A DNA stretch of 64,000 nt. Origin: Candidatus Saccharimonadia bacterium (GTDB taxonomy: Bacteria; Patescibacteriota; Saccharimonadia; Saccharimonadales; 2-12-FULL-41-12). The position numbers were made by a program, and so were the translations under genes. Each line of letters starts with the position of its first letter. Positions within the stretch are counted from its first letter, which is position 1. The stretch covers positions 1,119,752 to 1,183,751 of the forward strand of contig OY970327.1 in NCBI GenBank assembly GCA_963717365.1, given 5' to 3'. The notes below the pieces were generated by a model. It saw nothing but the letters and a program-made list of their open reading frames with translations, made no database searches and was not told the origin of the DNA. Shown piece by piece: positions 39,620-49,234 of the stretch.

Positions 39620-40287
39620 CAGAATGTATTCCTTAATGTTACCCGTATACTATTATCAAGCAAAAGTGGCTTGCCAAAGGTCTCTCGTTTCATAAATAGA
39701 TTTACTTTGACGGAACGCGCTAATAACGGGTCAGTGGTAGCTGCGTCGTCTTGGTCATATAAATTAAACGTCATGTTGTCTAGGTATTTAACAAGGGAAG
39801 TGTCATCTGGGCAGCTGCTATTAGCCGAAGCTGCGGGGCAAGATGTAACCAGGGTATTGCCAAGGGCGTTTGGATTGGCTAGTTTTCTACGGTACAAAGA
39901 ATCATTTAATTTAAAATATACCAGCTCATTGTTATATGGACTACCGGTATCAGGATCAATTATATAGTTATTGCTGCTATCTACGGCAGGAACGGCAAAT
40001 ATAATGACAAAGTTAGCATTACCCGTGTTCCAGCCAGCTGGAGTGTTGGGGTCAGGAATAGTATTCGTTTGGCGAACACCGGATCCATAGCGTAATTCTT
40101 CAACGGTAGTGCGCAGCAAATTCTGAGAATCGGCCGTCATATCTATAAGCGTATTATTGCGGACGACATAGGTAAAATAATACGTCAAGGCACTGAGTAA
40201 ACTTATGGAAATCATAGCAATTAATACAAGGCTGACAGTTAGTTCAACCAGTGTAAAACCAGATTCATCCTTAATATTGGCCGACAC
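39619..40287 (-). CDS. minor (pseudo)pilin, prepilin-type N-terminal cleavage/methylation domain
   Basis: Class III signal ESG|FTLVELTVSLV. Confidence 0.75.
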   Translation of the reverse strand: MSANIKDESGFTLVELTVSLVLIAMISISLLSALTYYFTYVVRNNTLIDMTADSQNLLRTTVEELRYGSGVRQTNTIPDPNTPAGWNTGNANFVIIFAVPAVDSSNNYIIDPDTGSPYNNELVYFKLNDSLYRRKLANPNALGNTLVTSCPAASANSSCPDDTSLVKYLDNMTFNLYDQDDAATTDPLLARSVKVNLFMKRETFGKPLLLDNSIRVTLRNTF

Positions 40288-40684
40288 CGAGCTCTCCTAG
40301 ATATGTTGTATACGAATACGTTTGAGTTTTACCCTGGGAGCGATAACTAATAGTCAGAGCAATATTTTTAACCGAAGTGGATTTATTGGTAACAACCAGG
40401 GTGGCGCTTCGCGGCGACCCGAGTTCTGCTGGTAACTCGGTAGAAATATCAGTCGTACCATTAGTTACCCCTAGGTAGCCTTTACTGCGCAGGGATTCAA
40501 CTTTACTTTCCGCGAAGGCGTTGGCAAGAACGGTATCCCTCGTTTGCTGGCTGAGAGCCAGCTGGTTGGTGTAAATAGTATTAACACTGCCTATTAGAAC
40601 AGCGCCAACCGCCAAGGATACGAGCAGTTCCACAAGGGTAAAGCCTGCTTCAGATGTTTGTTTGTGGTTTTGCTTCATGCTCAT
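40271..40684 (-). CDS. minor (pseudo)pilin, prepilin-type N-terminal cleavage/methylation domain
   Basis: Class III signal EAG|FTLVELLVSLAV. Confidence 0.75.
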   Translation of the reverse strand: MSMKQNHKQTSEAGFTLVELLVSLAVGAVLIGSVNTIYTNQLALSQQTRDTVLANAFAESKVESLRSKGYLGVTNGTTDISTELPAELGSPRSATLVVTNKSTSVKNIALTISYRSQGKTQTYSYTTYLGELGVGQY

Positions 40685-40719
40685 GCTTAAGTATACAGTA
40701 ACTAGTATGGTTGGAAGTA

Positions 40720-40747
40720 AAAACTCCCGCTATACGGCGGGAGTTTT
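40720..40747 (-). terminator. rho-independent terminator/attenuator after the major pilin gene
   Basis: AAAACTCCCGC / GCGGGAGTTTT 11-bp stem with a 6-nt loop. A/T runs on both sides, so it could act bidirectionally. Confidence 0.7.
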
Positions 40748-40773
40748 ATGGTTTTTAAGAATAAATCTATTGT

Positions 40774-41214
40774 TTAGTTTAGATTTTTCTTCTCAAAGGT
40801 AGCAGGAGTACCTTCACGGGTAGCCGTTAAGGTGTACTCAGTACAGTTAGGTGGCGTCGCGGAGTCACAGGTAACTACATAGCTGTATGTCTTAGCTGCT
40901 GCAGCTCCTGCAAGTGTCTGCGCGGTTCCTTGAGGGTCTTTCAATGCTTCACTATCAAGGCTCTTCATGTTAGTGCCTCTCCAGCTTGCGTCGTTTAACT
41001 CAGCCAGTGTTGGATACGTATTCTTCTCGGAGAAATATGCTTCGAGCTGTCCGTGGATAGCTTTTACATCCGTTTCTCGTTCTGTGTTACGGGCTTTCTT
41101 CTGAATGCCTGCGAAGGTTGTTACCACTAATGCTGCCAAAATACCGATCACGACAATCACGATCAAGAGTTCGACAATGGTAAAACCACTTTGTTTTCTT
41201 TTAAGAGAGATCAT
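40774..41214 (-). CDS. pilA: type IV major pilin candidate
   Basis: Class III signal KQSG|FTIVELLIVIVVIGILAALV. 146 aa with a C-terminal Cys pair. Followed by its own terminator. Confidence 0.8.
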   Translation of the reverse strand: MISLKRKQSGFTIVELLIVIVVIGILAALVVTTFAGIQKKARNTERETDVKAIHGQLEAYFSEKNTYPTLAELNDASWRGTNMKSLDSEALKDPQGTAQTLAGAAAAKTYSYVVTCDSATPPNCTEYTLTATREGTPATFEKKNLN

Positions 41215-41336
41215 AAAGGACCCACCCTCCTTATTTAAATTTTTAATTTGATCTTAGCGCCAGTTAGATATCTGACTACCAAGTATCTGAGAATTGATTA
41301 TCAAGCATAACCATAATCAGGTCAAGCGTTTTATGG

Positions 41337-42557
41337 TTAACCGTCGGCGCTGACATTTTGGCTCAGTGAAGCAATTGGGCCCATAACACTAGCAGCGATG
41401 AGTCCTACCATCCCGCCAAGTACGATAATCATAGCCGGCTCTATCAAAGAACTTAACCCGTCAATCAGAGCGTCAACTTCTTCTTCGTAAAAGTCGGCCA
41501 CCTTCAATAATATAGTGTCGGTCTGACCGGTTTCTTCGCCTACGGCAAGCATCTGGCTGACAATAGCAGGGAAGTACGGGCTGGCGGCCAGCGGTTCGGA
41601 TAGCTGTTTGCCGTTCCTAACTTGCTTTGCTGCGTCTTTAAGATCTGCTTCGATAACTTTATTTCCAATTGCGCTGCCAGTAACCTCCAGTGCGTCAAGT
41701 ACCGTGACTCCGGCTGACATGAGCGAGGCAAATGTCCGTGCAAACCGGGCGACAGCTATCTTTGTGATAACCGTTTTTAATATTGGAAGCCGCAATAGCA
41801 AGGCGTGCAGCTTATATTTGCCCTTTGGAGTTTTAATATAGCGCTTAATAAGAAACACTGAACCAACAGCTACCAGAACGATAACTATGGCATTAGCTCG
41901 CATAAAATTACTGCCGTCCAGCATAATTTGCGTATAAATTGGTAATTTAGCATCCGGTCCGCCAAGGTCTTTAATGATAGCGCCCAGTTTTGGTATAACA
42001 AAAATCATAATGCCAAAAAAGGCTACGATGGTAATGCCAAAAATTGCTACAGGATAGGCAGAAGCGCTCTTAATTTTTTTACGGATAGTAGCATCTTTTT
42101 CAACCTGTGCTGCCAGCCGTTTAAGAATTTCGTCTAAAATACCACCTGCTTCACCGGCTCGTACCATGTTAACGTAGATTTCATTGAATACATTCGGGTA
42201 TTTCGCTAATGATTCGTTGAGAGCCATACCTCCTTCGATATCTTTGGAAATGCCGCTAATTACCTTGCCGAAGTACTTATTGTCTGTTTGGCCCTGCAGT
42301 GTTGCCAGTGACCGCACAAGCGGTACCCCAGCTGAAATCATGGTAGAAAGCTGCCGGGTAAAGATTACAAGATCCTTTTGTTTTACCGATCCACCTTTTT
42401 TAGAAAACAGACTGAATTTGGTAGATACCTCTTTTATAACCAGGACGCGCGCATTTTGCCTGCCGAGCATGGTAACTACTGCATCTTGGGACGCAGCCTC
42501 AATTGTACCGGTTATAGATTTTCCGTCTTTGGTCGCTGTGTAATTAAATCTAGGCAT
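41337..42557 (-). CDS. pilC: type IV pilus platform protein PilC (GspF family)
   Basis: Two T2SS-F repeats and three TM regions. 406 aa. Confidence 0.9.
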   Translation of the reverse strand: MPRFNYTATKDGKSITGTIEAASQDAVVTMLGRQNARVLVIKEVSTKFSLFSKKGGSVKQKDLVIFTRQLSTMISAGVPLVRSLATLQGQTDNKYFGKVISGISKDIEGGMALNESLAKYPNVFNEIYVNMVRAGEAGGILDEILKRLAAQVEKDATIRKKIKSASAYPVAIFGITIVAFFGIMIFVIPKLGAIIKDLGGPDAKLPIYTQIMLDGSNFMRANAIVIVLVAVGSVFLIKRYIKTPKGKYKLHALLLRLPILKTVITKIAVARFARTFASLMSAGVTVLDALEVTGSAIGNKVIEADLKDAAKQVRNGKQLSEPLAASPYFPAIVSQMLAVGEETGQTDTILLKVADFYEEEVDALIDGLSSLIEPAMIIVLGGMVGLIAASVMGPIASLSQNVSADG

Positions 42558-42561
42558 GATA

Positions 42562-44379
42562 TTAGTCTACGCTCGTTACACGCAGGATCTCCTCAATGCT
42601 TGTCTGGCCGCGCAGAGCTTTAATGAAGCCGTCCAACTGCATGGTAACCATGCCATCCGAAACGGCCTGTTCTTGAATTTTTTCGCTGGTGGAGTTACCG
42701 ACAATTGCTTTTTGCACATTTTCAGAATTTTCCAGCACTTCGTAGATACCAATACGGCCTTTATAGCCAGTGTGGGCACAGGCATCACAGCCTTTGCCAT
42801 GAGGCCGCCAAAGACTGGTTATAGTGCTTTCGGTAGTAGTTAAGTCGCCTGTTGCGGCTTTGCCGGCAGTTTTTGCAGTGTTGGTTTTGCCAATACCGTC
42901 ATGTATGGCTTGCTGTTCCAATTTGTGAATATACGTCATGTATTTTGGATCATCAATCTTAAATGTCCGGGCAATTTCTGTTAAAGCAATCTGATCCGGC
43001 TTATATTGCTCCCGGCATTCAATGCACAGACGTCGTACTAAGCGTTGTCCTACTACGGCCCGCACGGTACTTGCTATCAAGAAAGGCTCAATTCCCATAT
43101 CGAGAAGCCGCGGGAGACAGGTAGCCGCGTTGTTGGTGTGAAGAGTCGCAAATACCAAGTGCCCAGTTAACGCTGCCTGTACTGCCAGCCCAGCAGTTTC
43201 ACTATCTCGAATTTCACCGACCATAATGATGTTGGGGTCTTGTCTTAGCAACGCCCGCAAGCCAGCTACAAATGTCATACCTGCCTTAGGGTTCACCTGA
43301 GTCTGGTTGGCGCCCTGAATTTTGTATTCCACCGGGTCTTCAATGGTTGAAATATTTACCGAGGGACGGTTTAGCAAGCTGAGCACACTGAATAAGCTGG
43401 TTGACTTGCCTGAACCGGTTGGCCCAGTTACTAAAATCATGCCGTGCGGCTGAACAATAGCTTGGTTGATTACTTCAAGCGATTTACCCCAGTAACCCAA
43501 CTCCTCCAAGCTTATAGCGTCGCTGGATTCGTTTAAGATACGCATTACAACCTTTTCTCCCTCTGTAATTGGAAGAGTAGAGACACGCAGCGCGTAGACA
43601 CCTTCGCCGACCTGAATTTTAAAACGGCCATCTTGCGGCATGCGGCGTTCGTCAATTTTAAGATTGCTTAAAATCTTGATACGACTTACCAGGGCGCTAT
43701 GAACTTTTTTCGGTAGTTTATTGGCTTCTTTAAGGATGCCGTCAACTCGATAGCGGACGATAACATTATTTTCCCGCGGTTCGAGGTGGATATCGCTGGC
43801 TCCAGACTTAACACCATACTCAATCAACAGATTAACGGTTTGGGCAATTGGTGAATCTTCAGCTAGATCGGCCTCGTCCAGTTCTTCATCAATGTCTTCA
43901 GCAGCTTCCTCGGGGGACAACACCTTTGTTAGCTCGCTACTAACCGTACCGCGGTATTGATCGAGTGCCGCGCTGATTGTTGAAGAAGTTGCCACATGGA
44001 CTTTAATGTCCGTACCCAGTTGTTTTTGGAGAAAGCTTAAAGCCTGCACGTCATCTGGGTCTTCCATGGCAAGCAGTTTGCAGCCATCATCATTTACGCC
44101 AAATAAAATAACTTTATATTGATGGGCGATCCGCTCTGGTACAAGTTTTAGAACTTCACGCGGAATTTCTTTGGCATTAAGCTCTATAAACGGAATATCA
44201 ATCTCGTCAGCATAGAGCTTAGTAAGCTCTTTTTCATTAACAATACCGTTCCGAACCGCAATATCCTGCAGCGGCTTTTTCTCGGTTTTCTCTTGTTCGC
44301 GCATGCTAACTAACTGCTCCTCCGTCACCTTTTCGGCGTCACGAAGCAATTGCTCGACAAGGCTATCGGATATACGCAT
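42562..44379 (-). CDS. pilB: type IV pilus assembly ATPase PilB (GspE family)
   Basis: N-terminal GSPII_E_N-like region, Walker A GPTGSGKST, Asp/His boxes and a tetracysteine motif (CIEC...CDAC). Confidence 0.9.
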   Translation of the reverse strand: MRISDSLVEQLLRDAEKVTEEQLVSMREQEKTEKKPLQDIAVRNGIVNEKELTKLYADEIDIPFIELNAKEIPREVLKLVPERIAHQYKVILFGVNDDGCKLLAMEDPDDVQALSFLQKQLGTDIKVHVATSSTISAALDQYRGTVSSELTKVLSPEEAAEDIDEELDEADLAEDSPIAQTVNLLIEYGVKSGASDIHLEPRENNVIVRYRVDGILKEANKLPKKVHSALVSRIKILSNLKIDERRMPQDGRFKIQVGEGVYALRVSTLPITEGEKVVMRILNESSDAISLEELGYWGKSLEVINQAIVQPHGMILVTGPTGSGKSTSLFSVLSLLNRPSVNISTIEDPVEYKIQGANQTQVNPKAGMTFVAGLRALLRQDPNIIMVGEIRDSETAGLAVQAALTGHLVFATLHTNNAATCLPRLLDMGIEPFLIASTVRAVVGQRLVRRLCIECREQYKPDQIALTEIARTFKIDDPKYMTYIHKLEQQAIHDGIGKTNTAKTAGKAATGDLTTTESTITSLWRPHGKGCDACAHTGYKGRIGIYEVLENSENVQKAIVGNSTSEKIQEQAVSDGMVTMQLDGFIKALRGQTSIEEILRVTSVD

Positions 44380-44544
44380 ACTTACCTCTCAGTATACATA
44401 AAAAGCACGAGCACTATAAGAGCCTAGTTAGCATCACGCTTGTTTTTTACATTTTGTGTTTAAATTTAATACTTCGTTCATAACCTAACGTTATATTTTT
44501 AGGTAGAAATGGGAGGTAGACAGTGGTAATAATTGCACTTATGT

Positions 44545-44553
44545 TGATATAAT
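44545..44553 (+). promoter_or_regulatory. extended -10 promoter element upstream of recA
   Basis: TGaTATAAT at 44545..44553. The -35 is poor. Confidence 0.4.
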
Positions 44554-44600
44554 AATAAGACTAACTAACATCTCTTTTTTGGGACATGGAGGAATTTAAG

Positions 44601-45650
44601 ATGGCTGATAAAACAGCAAAGAAGGCTAGTGCCAATACTGAAGACACCCAAGCTGATAGCAAACAGACTGAAGGTAAGCAAAAAGCGCTTGGACTCGCTC
44701 TCGAGGCAATTGAAAAACAATTCGGCAAGGGCTCAATTATGAAACTTGGCGAAGCCCATAAAGTAAATGTAGAAACGGTTTCTACTGGCAGTCTGAGTCT
44801 AGATATCGCGCTGGGCGGCGGCATACCAAAAGGCCGTATTATAGAGGTTTACGGTCCAGAAAGCTCTGGCAAAACAACACTGACATTACATGCTATCGCG
44901 GAGATTCAACGCTTGGGTGGCTCAGCAGCCTTTATAGATGCCGAGCACGCGCTTGATCCGTCATATGCTAAGCGGTTAGGTGTCGACACAGACAATTTGC
45001 TTATCTCGCAGCCAGACAACGGTGAGCAAGCTTTAGAAATCACTGAAACATTGGTAAGAAGCAACGCGGTCGACTTGATTGTAGTAGACTCTGTGGCAGC
45101 CCTTGTGCCGCGTGCCGAAATAGAAGGAGACATGGGTGATTCACACATGGGTTTGCAAGCTCGGCTGATGAGCCAGGCCCTGCGGAAGCTCACCGGTGTA
45201 ATTAGCCGCTCCAATACCACAGTTATCTTTATTAATCAGATTCGTATGAAGATTGGTGTTATGTTTGGCAACCCAGAAACTACAACCGGTGGCAATGCTC
45301 TCAAGTTTTACGCTTCGGTCCGGATGGACATTCGCCGTATTTCCCAAATTAAACAAGGTGATGACATTATTGGTAACCGTACACGCGTTAAGGTTGTAAA
45401 AAATAAGGTTGCGCCACCTTTTCGACAAGCTGAATTCGATATCATGTACAACAAAGGCATTAGCCGGTCAGGCGATATTGTTGACCTTGGCGTAACCCAT
45501 AACATCATAGAAAAGGCCGGCGCCTGGTTTGCCTACAAAGAAGGAAAAATCGGACAAGGCCGGGAAGCCGCTAAGGCTTACCTTGAAGAAAATCCAACAA
45601 TAATGGAAGAAATTGCCAAAAAAATTCGTGTGGCAGTCGAAAAGGAATAG
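44601..45650 (+). CDS. recA: recombinase RecA
   Basis: [15 protein letters not shown], Walker [10 protein letters not shown], and L1/L2 loop regions. The ATG at 44601 sits 7 nt after GGAGGA. The track start at 44586 is less likely. Confidence 0.97.
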   Translation: MADKTAKKASANTEDTQADSKQTEGKQKALGLALEAIEKQFGKGSIMKLGEAHKVNVETVSTGSLSLDIALGGGIPKGRIIEVYGPESSGKTTLTLHAIAEIQRLGGSAAFIDAEHALDPSYAKRLGVDTDNLLISQPDNGEQALEITETLVRSNAVDLIVVDSVAALVPRAEIEGDMGDSHMGLQARLMSQALRKLTGVISRSNTTVIFINQIRMKIGVMFGNPETTTGGNALKFYASVRMDIRRISQIKQGDDIIGNRTRVKVVKNKVAPPFRQAEFDIMYNKGISRSGDIVDLGVTHNIIEKAGAWFAYKEGKIGQGREAAKAYLEENPTIMEEIAKKIRVAVEKE

Positions 45651-45661
45651 GCACCCAGCTT

Positions 45662-45973
45662 ATGGCTACTCAACCTAAGACACTCCCTGAGTACCAAAAG
45701 TTAATTAGCCAGCTTATTGTTGAGCGGGGCTACGATAAAGAAACTATTGCTGAAGTTTTCATGTTGTTATTGGAAGAAACCGGCGAGTTTGCCAAAGCAA
45801 CTCGCCGGCATACCGGTATGAAAACTGGTGCACATTCCAAAAAACATGAACTTGCCGAGGAAGCGGCTGATGTCTTCTGGCTTTTAATTGATCTTTGTAA
45901 TCGGCTGGATATTGACCTTGAAACTGCTTTTCGTAATAAGGAAGCCATTAACAAAACCCGCAAGTGGCAATGA
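45662..45973 (+). CDS. MazG-like nucleotide pyrophosphohydrolase domain protein
   Basis: LLEETGEFAKA ... ELAEEAADVFWLLIDLCNRLDIDLE (the E..E / E..D metal-binding helices of the MazG family). Confidence 0.75.
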   Translation: MATQPKTLPEYQKLISQLIVERGYDKETIAEVFMLLLEETGEFAKATRRHTGMKTGAHSKKHELAEEAADVFWLLIDLCNRLDIDLETAFRNKEAINKTRKWQ

Positions 45974-46569
45974 AAGTAACTAAGATCGAGACACAGGTAA
46001 AGCATAAAGGCCGCTATTCAATATTTATTGACGACGTATTTGCTTTTGGACTGAGCGAGCTAGGACTGATAAACAGCGAGCTACGTGTTGGGCAGCAGGT
46101 ATCTGGAGATGAAATAAAGAAATTCAAAGATGATGCACAGACTGACAGAATCTATAACCTAACACTCAGCCTTATCTCTCGTCGTCCGAGGAGCCAATGG
46201 GAAGTCGAAGATTACTTACGTCGCAAGGAGACGGAGCCCCATACTAGCCAGGAAATAATTGCCAGGCTACAAGAAAGAAACTACATAAATGATCTGGACT
46301 TTGCCCGGAGATGGGTAGAAAGCAGGCGTCTTCGCGGACCTATCAGCGAGCGCAAGCTTGAACTTGAATTACGTGCAAAACGTATTGCAGACAATATTGT
46401 GAAAGACACGCTGAAAAAAGACGATACTAGTGAGTTTGACGTATTGGTGACTGAAGTCGAAAAAAAGCGTCGCCAGCCGCGTTACCAAGACGATACTAAG
46501 CTGATGCAGTACTTGGCTCGTCAGGGTTATCGTTACGATGATATTAAGCGGGCACTAGAAGAATCGTGA
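45970..46569 (+). CDS. recX: RecX family regulatory protein
   Basis: Helical-repeat composition, C-terminal YLARQGYRYDDIKRAL, and position after recA. The ATG at 45970 overlaps the mazG-like stop (ATGA). Confidence 0.75.
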   Translation: MKVTKIETQVKHKGRYSIFIDDVFAFGLSELGLINSELRVGQQVSGDEIKKFKDDAQTDRIYNLTLSLISRRPRSQWEVEDYLRRKETEPHTSQEIIARLQERNYINDLDFARRWVESRRLRGPISERKLELELRAKRIADNIVKDTLKKDDTSEFDVLVTEVEKKRRQPRYQDDTKLMQYLARQGYRYDDIKRALEES

Positions 46570-46571
46570 TC

Positions 46572-47096
46572 CTAGCCGGCAACGCTGGGCGAGACAGCCC
46601 GGGCGTGGGATTTCTCGCTCGGTTCCTCAATAATGACGCGCTTATCGGTAACTTCTACGATCTGTGAGCGGTCAACACTCAAGCTCCCGCCATTAAAATT
46701 TTTTACCAATGGTTGACCAACATACAGTTTTTGTATAAAAGAGTTTTTAGTTTCATAAGCGAAATCATTAATTTTGCCATACCGAGTTCCACTTTCGGAG
46801 TTAACTTTCAGCCCAAGCAAGTCAAATCCTAACTCCATCAAATGCTTTAATCGTATTAACTCCTCGGGTTCAGCCAAAACTTCATGATCATTTACTACAA
46901 ACCCTTGCGGTAAAACATCGCGAATATCATTGCTGAGCAGTATCAGGTTTTCTTTACTGCGACTATCTTCTACAAACCACCCCTCAATATATAAATTATT
47001 TGGGTTAATGACGGGCGAAATTAACGTTGCGATAGGACTGCCAGTACGGAGTGAAAGGATAAGTGTTCCGGGTGTTGATTCGTAAAGTTTAAGCAT
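46572..47096 (-). CDS. hypothetical protein, possibly tandem PRC-barrel-like
   Basis: 174-aa ORF. The fold call is weak, from a pattern read by eye. Confidence 0.4.
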   Translation of the reverse strand: MLKLYESTPGTLILSLRTGSPIATLISPVINPNNLYIEGWFVEDSRSKENLILLSNDIRDVLPQGFVVNDHEVLAEPEELIRLKHLMELGFDLLGLKVNSESGTRYGKINDFAYETKNSFIQKLYVGQPLVKNFNGGSLSVDRSQIVEVTDKRVIIEEPSEKSHARAVSPSVAG

Positions 47097-47206
47097 AACT
47101 GACTACCATTATACAAAAAACAGGCGAAGAGAAGGTATCTTAGCGAAATATATACTGCCATGCCTAGGAATTAATGTCATACGTGTACTACACTTACCTA
47201 TAGATT

Positions 47207-47665
47207 ATGGCTCATGTTCCCAACTACTCATTTAAATCAGAAAGCGCACTTGCAACCGAAGAATTCGCTGCTGGGCTGGGCAATCAGCTGCGCGGCGGCG
47301 AAGTTATTGAACTTATCGGCGATGTTGGAGCTGGTAAAACAACATTTGTGCGTGGACTGGCACAGGGCATAAACAGCAATAACCCGGTTTCGAGCCCAAC
47401 ATTTACTGTCTACAATATATATAAAGGTCGACTGGCGCTTTACCATTACGATCTATATCGAATAAAGGGTGACGCATTGGCAAAAAGTGAACTCGCCGAA
47501 ATAATGGATGATACTCAGAACGTATTAGTATTAGAGTGGGCAGAAGAAGTGCGACAAATTCTTCCAGAACCATACCTTGCGATTCACTTTTCGGTAACGG
47601 GTGAGTCAAGTCGACTATTAGGCCTGGAAATTCCCCAAACATATGACTATATGGAGATAGTATGA
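47207..47665 (+). CDS. tsaE: tRNA t6A37 biosynthesis ATPase TsaE
   Basis: GDVGAGKTTFVRG Walker A, SPTFT, YHYDLYR and the EW motif. Confidence 0.85.
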   Translation: MAHVPNYSFKSESALATEEFAAGLGNQLRGGEVIELIGDVGAGKTTFVRGLAQGINSNNPVSSPTFTVYNIYKGRLALYHYDLYRIKGDALAKSELAEIMDDTQNVLVLEWAEEVRQILPEPYLAIHFSVTGESSRLLGLEIPQTYDYMEIV

Positions 47666-48048
47666 TCCTCACAATACGCACCGATAAACCAGAAGCAGAA
47701 ATTGGCTTGTACCTAAAAGACCGGCAAGTTGCCTATAAGTCATGGACGGCGCACCGGGAGCTGAGTACTACCATCCATGTCGTTATTGATGAGTTGTTAC
47801 GCTCGTGCCAGGTAACTACACAGGATATTATGGGTATTGTTTACTACAAAGGACCGGGCAGTTTTACCGGTCTTCGCATTGGGGCAGCCGTAGCGAACGC
47901 CTTATCTGCCGCTGAATGTATCCCACTGGTACAATCTAATGAAGAGCATTGGATAGATAGTGGCATGAAAATGTTGAAGGAAGGCAAGTCGCAGACAGCA
48001 CAGCCGTATTATGATTCGGAACCTCATATAACTAAGCCAAAAAAATAA
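47662..48048 (+). CDS. tsaB: TsaB-like protein (short form)
   Basis: GPGSFTGLRIG motif. Only 128 aa, against about 220 aa for typical TsaB. ATGA overlap with tsaE. Confidence 0.6.
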   Translation: MILTIRTDKPEAEIGLYLKDRQVAYKSWTAHRELSTTIHVVIDELLRSCQVTTQDIMGIVYYKGPGSFTGLRIGAAVANALSAAECIPLVQSNEEHWIDSGMKMLKEGKSQTAQPYYDSEPHITKPKK

Positions 48049-48058
48049 ATAGGAGCCA

Positions 48059-48997
48059 GTGGTGAATCAGTCTGCAAATAATTCAAACTCGTCCCGTCCG
48101 CACTATGGCAGATTGCCGACTGCTGCTGAACTAGCCGCACTTCATAACCCGCGTCGTCAACGCGCCGCACCTAGCTCTCAGCGGGTATCATTGCCGCGTA
48201 AGCCCGATTCGGCTCAGAGGATACAATCTCACCGCCCATCCCCTGTTCGGCTAAAACCAGCAACAAAGGCTGCAGTTAGGCCCGCCAGCCCTCCCCATAG
48301 AATACAGACAAGCCCCGTAGTAAGGGAATCGCTATACCGACATAAGTCGTTTTGGAGCCGACGGAAAATTTTAGTAAGTATCGTAGGTATTGTGATAATT
48401 TCCGGAGGAATTGCCGCAGCTATTAAGCAGCTTTCACCGGCTGAGCAAGTACAAGGTGTCAGTCAAACCCAAAAAGTACAAGAACCAGCTGAAGGCCAAG
48501 ATGAAACAGTGCCAACCGCGGGCACATTAAATAGTTATCAAGCTGCTGCCAATGCGCCGCGAATACTCACTATTCCAAAGATAAATATTACCTCGCGGGT
48601 CTTGGCGTTGGGCTTGGGTGCAAACAATCAGCCAAAAGCTACCCCTAACATCTTCGATACCAGCTGGTACAACCTAAGTTCAGAACCTGGACAGCTGGGC
48701 ACAATGATCATCCAGGGACATATCCATGGACCTACCAAGCCCGGCGCATTTTACGAACTAAAGAAACTGGCCAAAGATGACATTATCCAAATCGAGAGCG
48801 GTAACAGTACGGAATATACTTACAAAGTTACTCGAACCCAGATCTATAATGCGCAGTCCAGTGATCCGGCCGATGTTCCCGCAGAAGATTCGAACGGCAA
48901 ACCTAACCTCATCCTTACAACGTATATTGGACAGCCGGCACAAATAACCAACCGTTACACGGAACGTCTAGTTGTGTTTGCAACACTCAGCCAGTAG
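48059..48997 (+). CDS. sortase-like protein (class E/F-like) lacking the catalytic Cys
   Basis: GTG start, basic/Pro-rich N-terminus and a TM helix. The pattern IIQGH ... DDIIQIE ... YKV ... LILTTY ... ERLVVFA follows the sortase fold, but the TLxTC position reads TTY. Confidence 0.6.
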   Translation: MVNQSANNSNSSRPHYGRLPTAAELAALHNPRRQRAAPSSQRVSLPRKPDSAQRIQSHRPSPVRLKPATKAAVRPASPPHRIQTSPVVRESLYRHKSFWSRRKILVSIVGIVIISGGIAAAIKQLSPAEQVQGVSQTQKVQEPAEGQDETVPTAGTLNSYQAAANAPRILTIPKINITSRVLALGLGANNQPKATPNIFDTSWYNLSSEPGQLGTMIIQGHIHGPTKPGAFYELKKLAKDDIIQIESGNSTEYTYKVTRTQIYNAQSSDPADVPAEDSNGKPNLILTTYIGQPAQITNRYTERLVVFATLSQ

Positions 48998-49234
48998 TCT
49001 GAATTTATTGGCTTGCATGGGGCTCGCTGGGGCTTGCCGAAAAAGCCAAAAGTCCTATATAGTTAGAGTTAGTCATTAGACTTAGTTGACATCATAAAAT
49101 TTTAGTTACATTCACTTACTGCGTTTCTTTTAGAGGTTTGAACCGTTCTGCCCGTACTAATGAAGTGATAGTGATCGTACCAGCAGCCTGCGTTCTGTCC
49201 CTCCCGTGCGCACTAGAGATAGAAGGGAAAACAT

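Noticed and set aside
44474-44490. Possible LexA/SOS operator upstream of recA (CGTT-N8-AACG).
   Set aside because: Only the 4-bp arms are complementary, and there is no GAAC-N4-GTTC (Cheo-type) box or other known SOS box. This is not distinguishable from chance.
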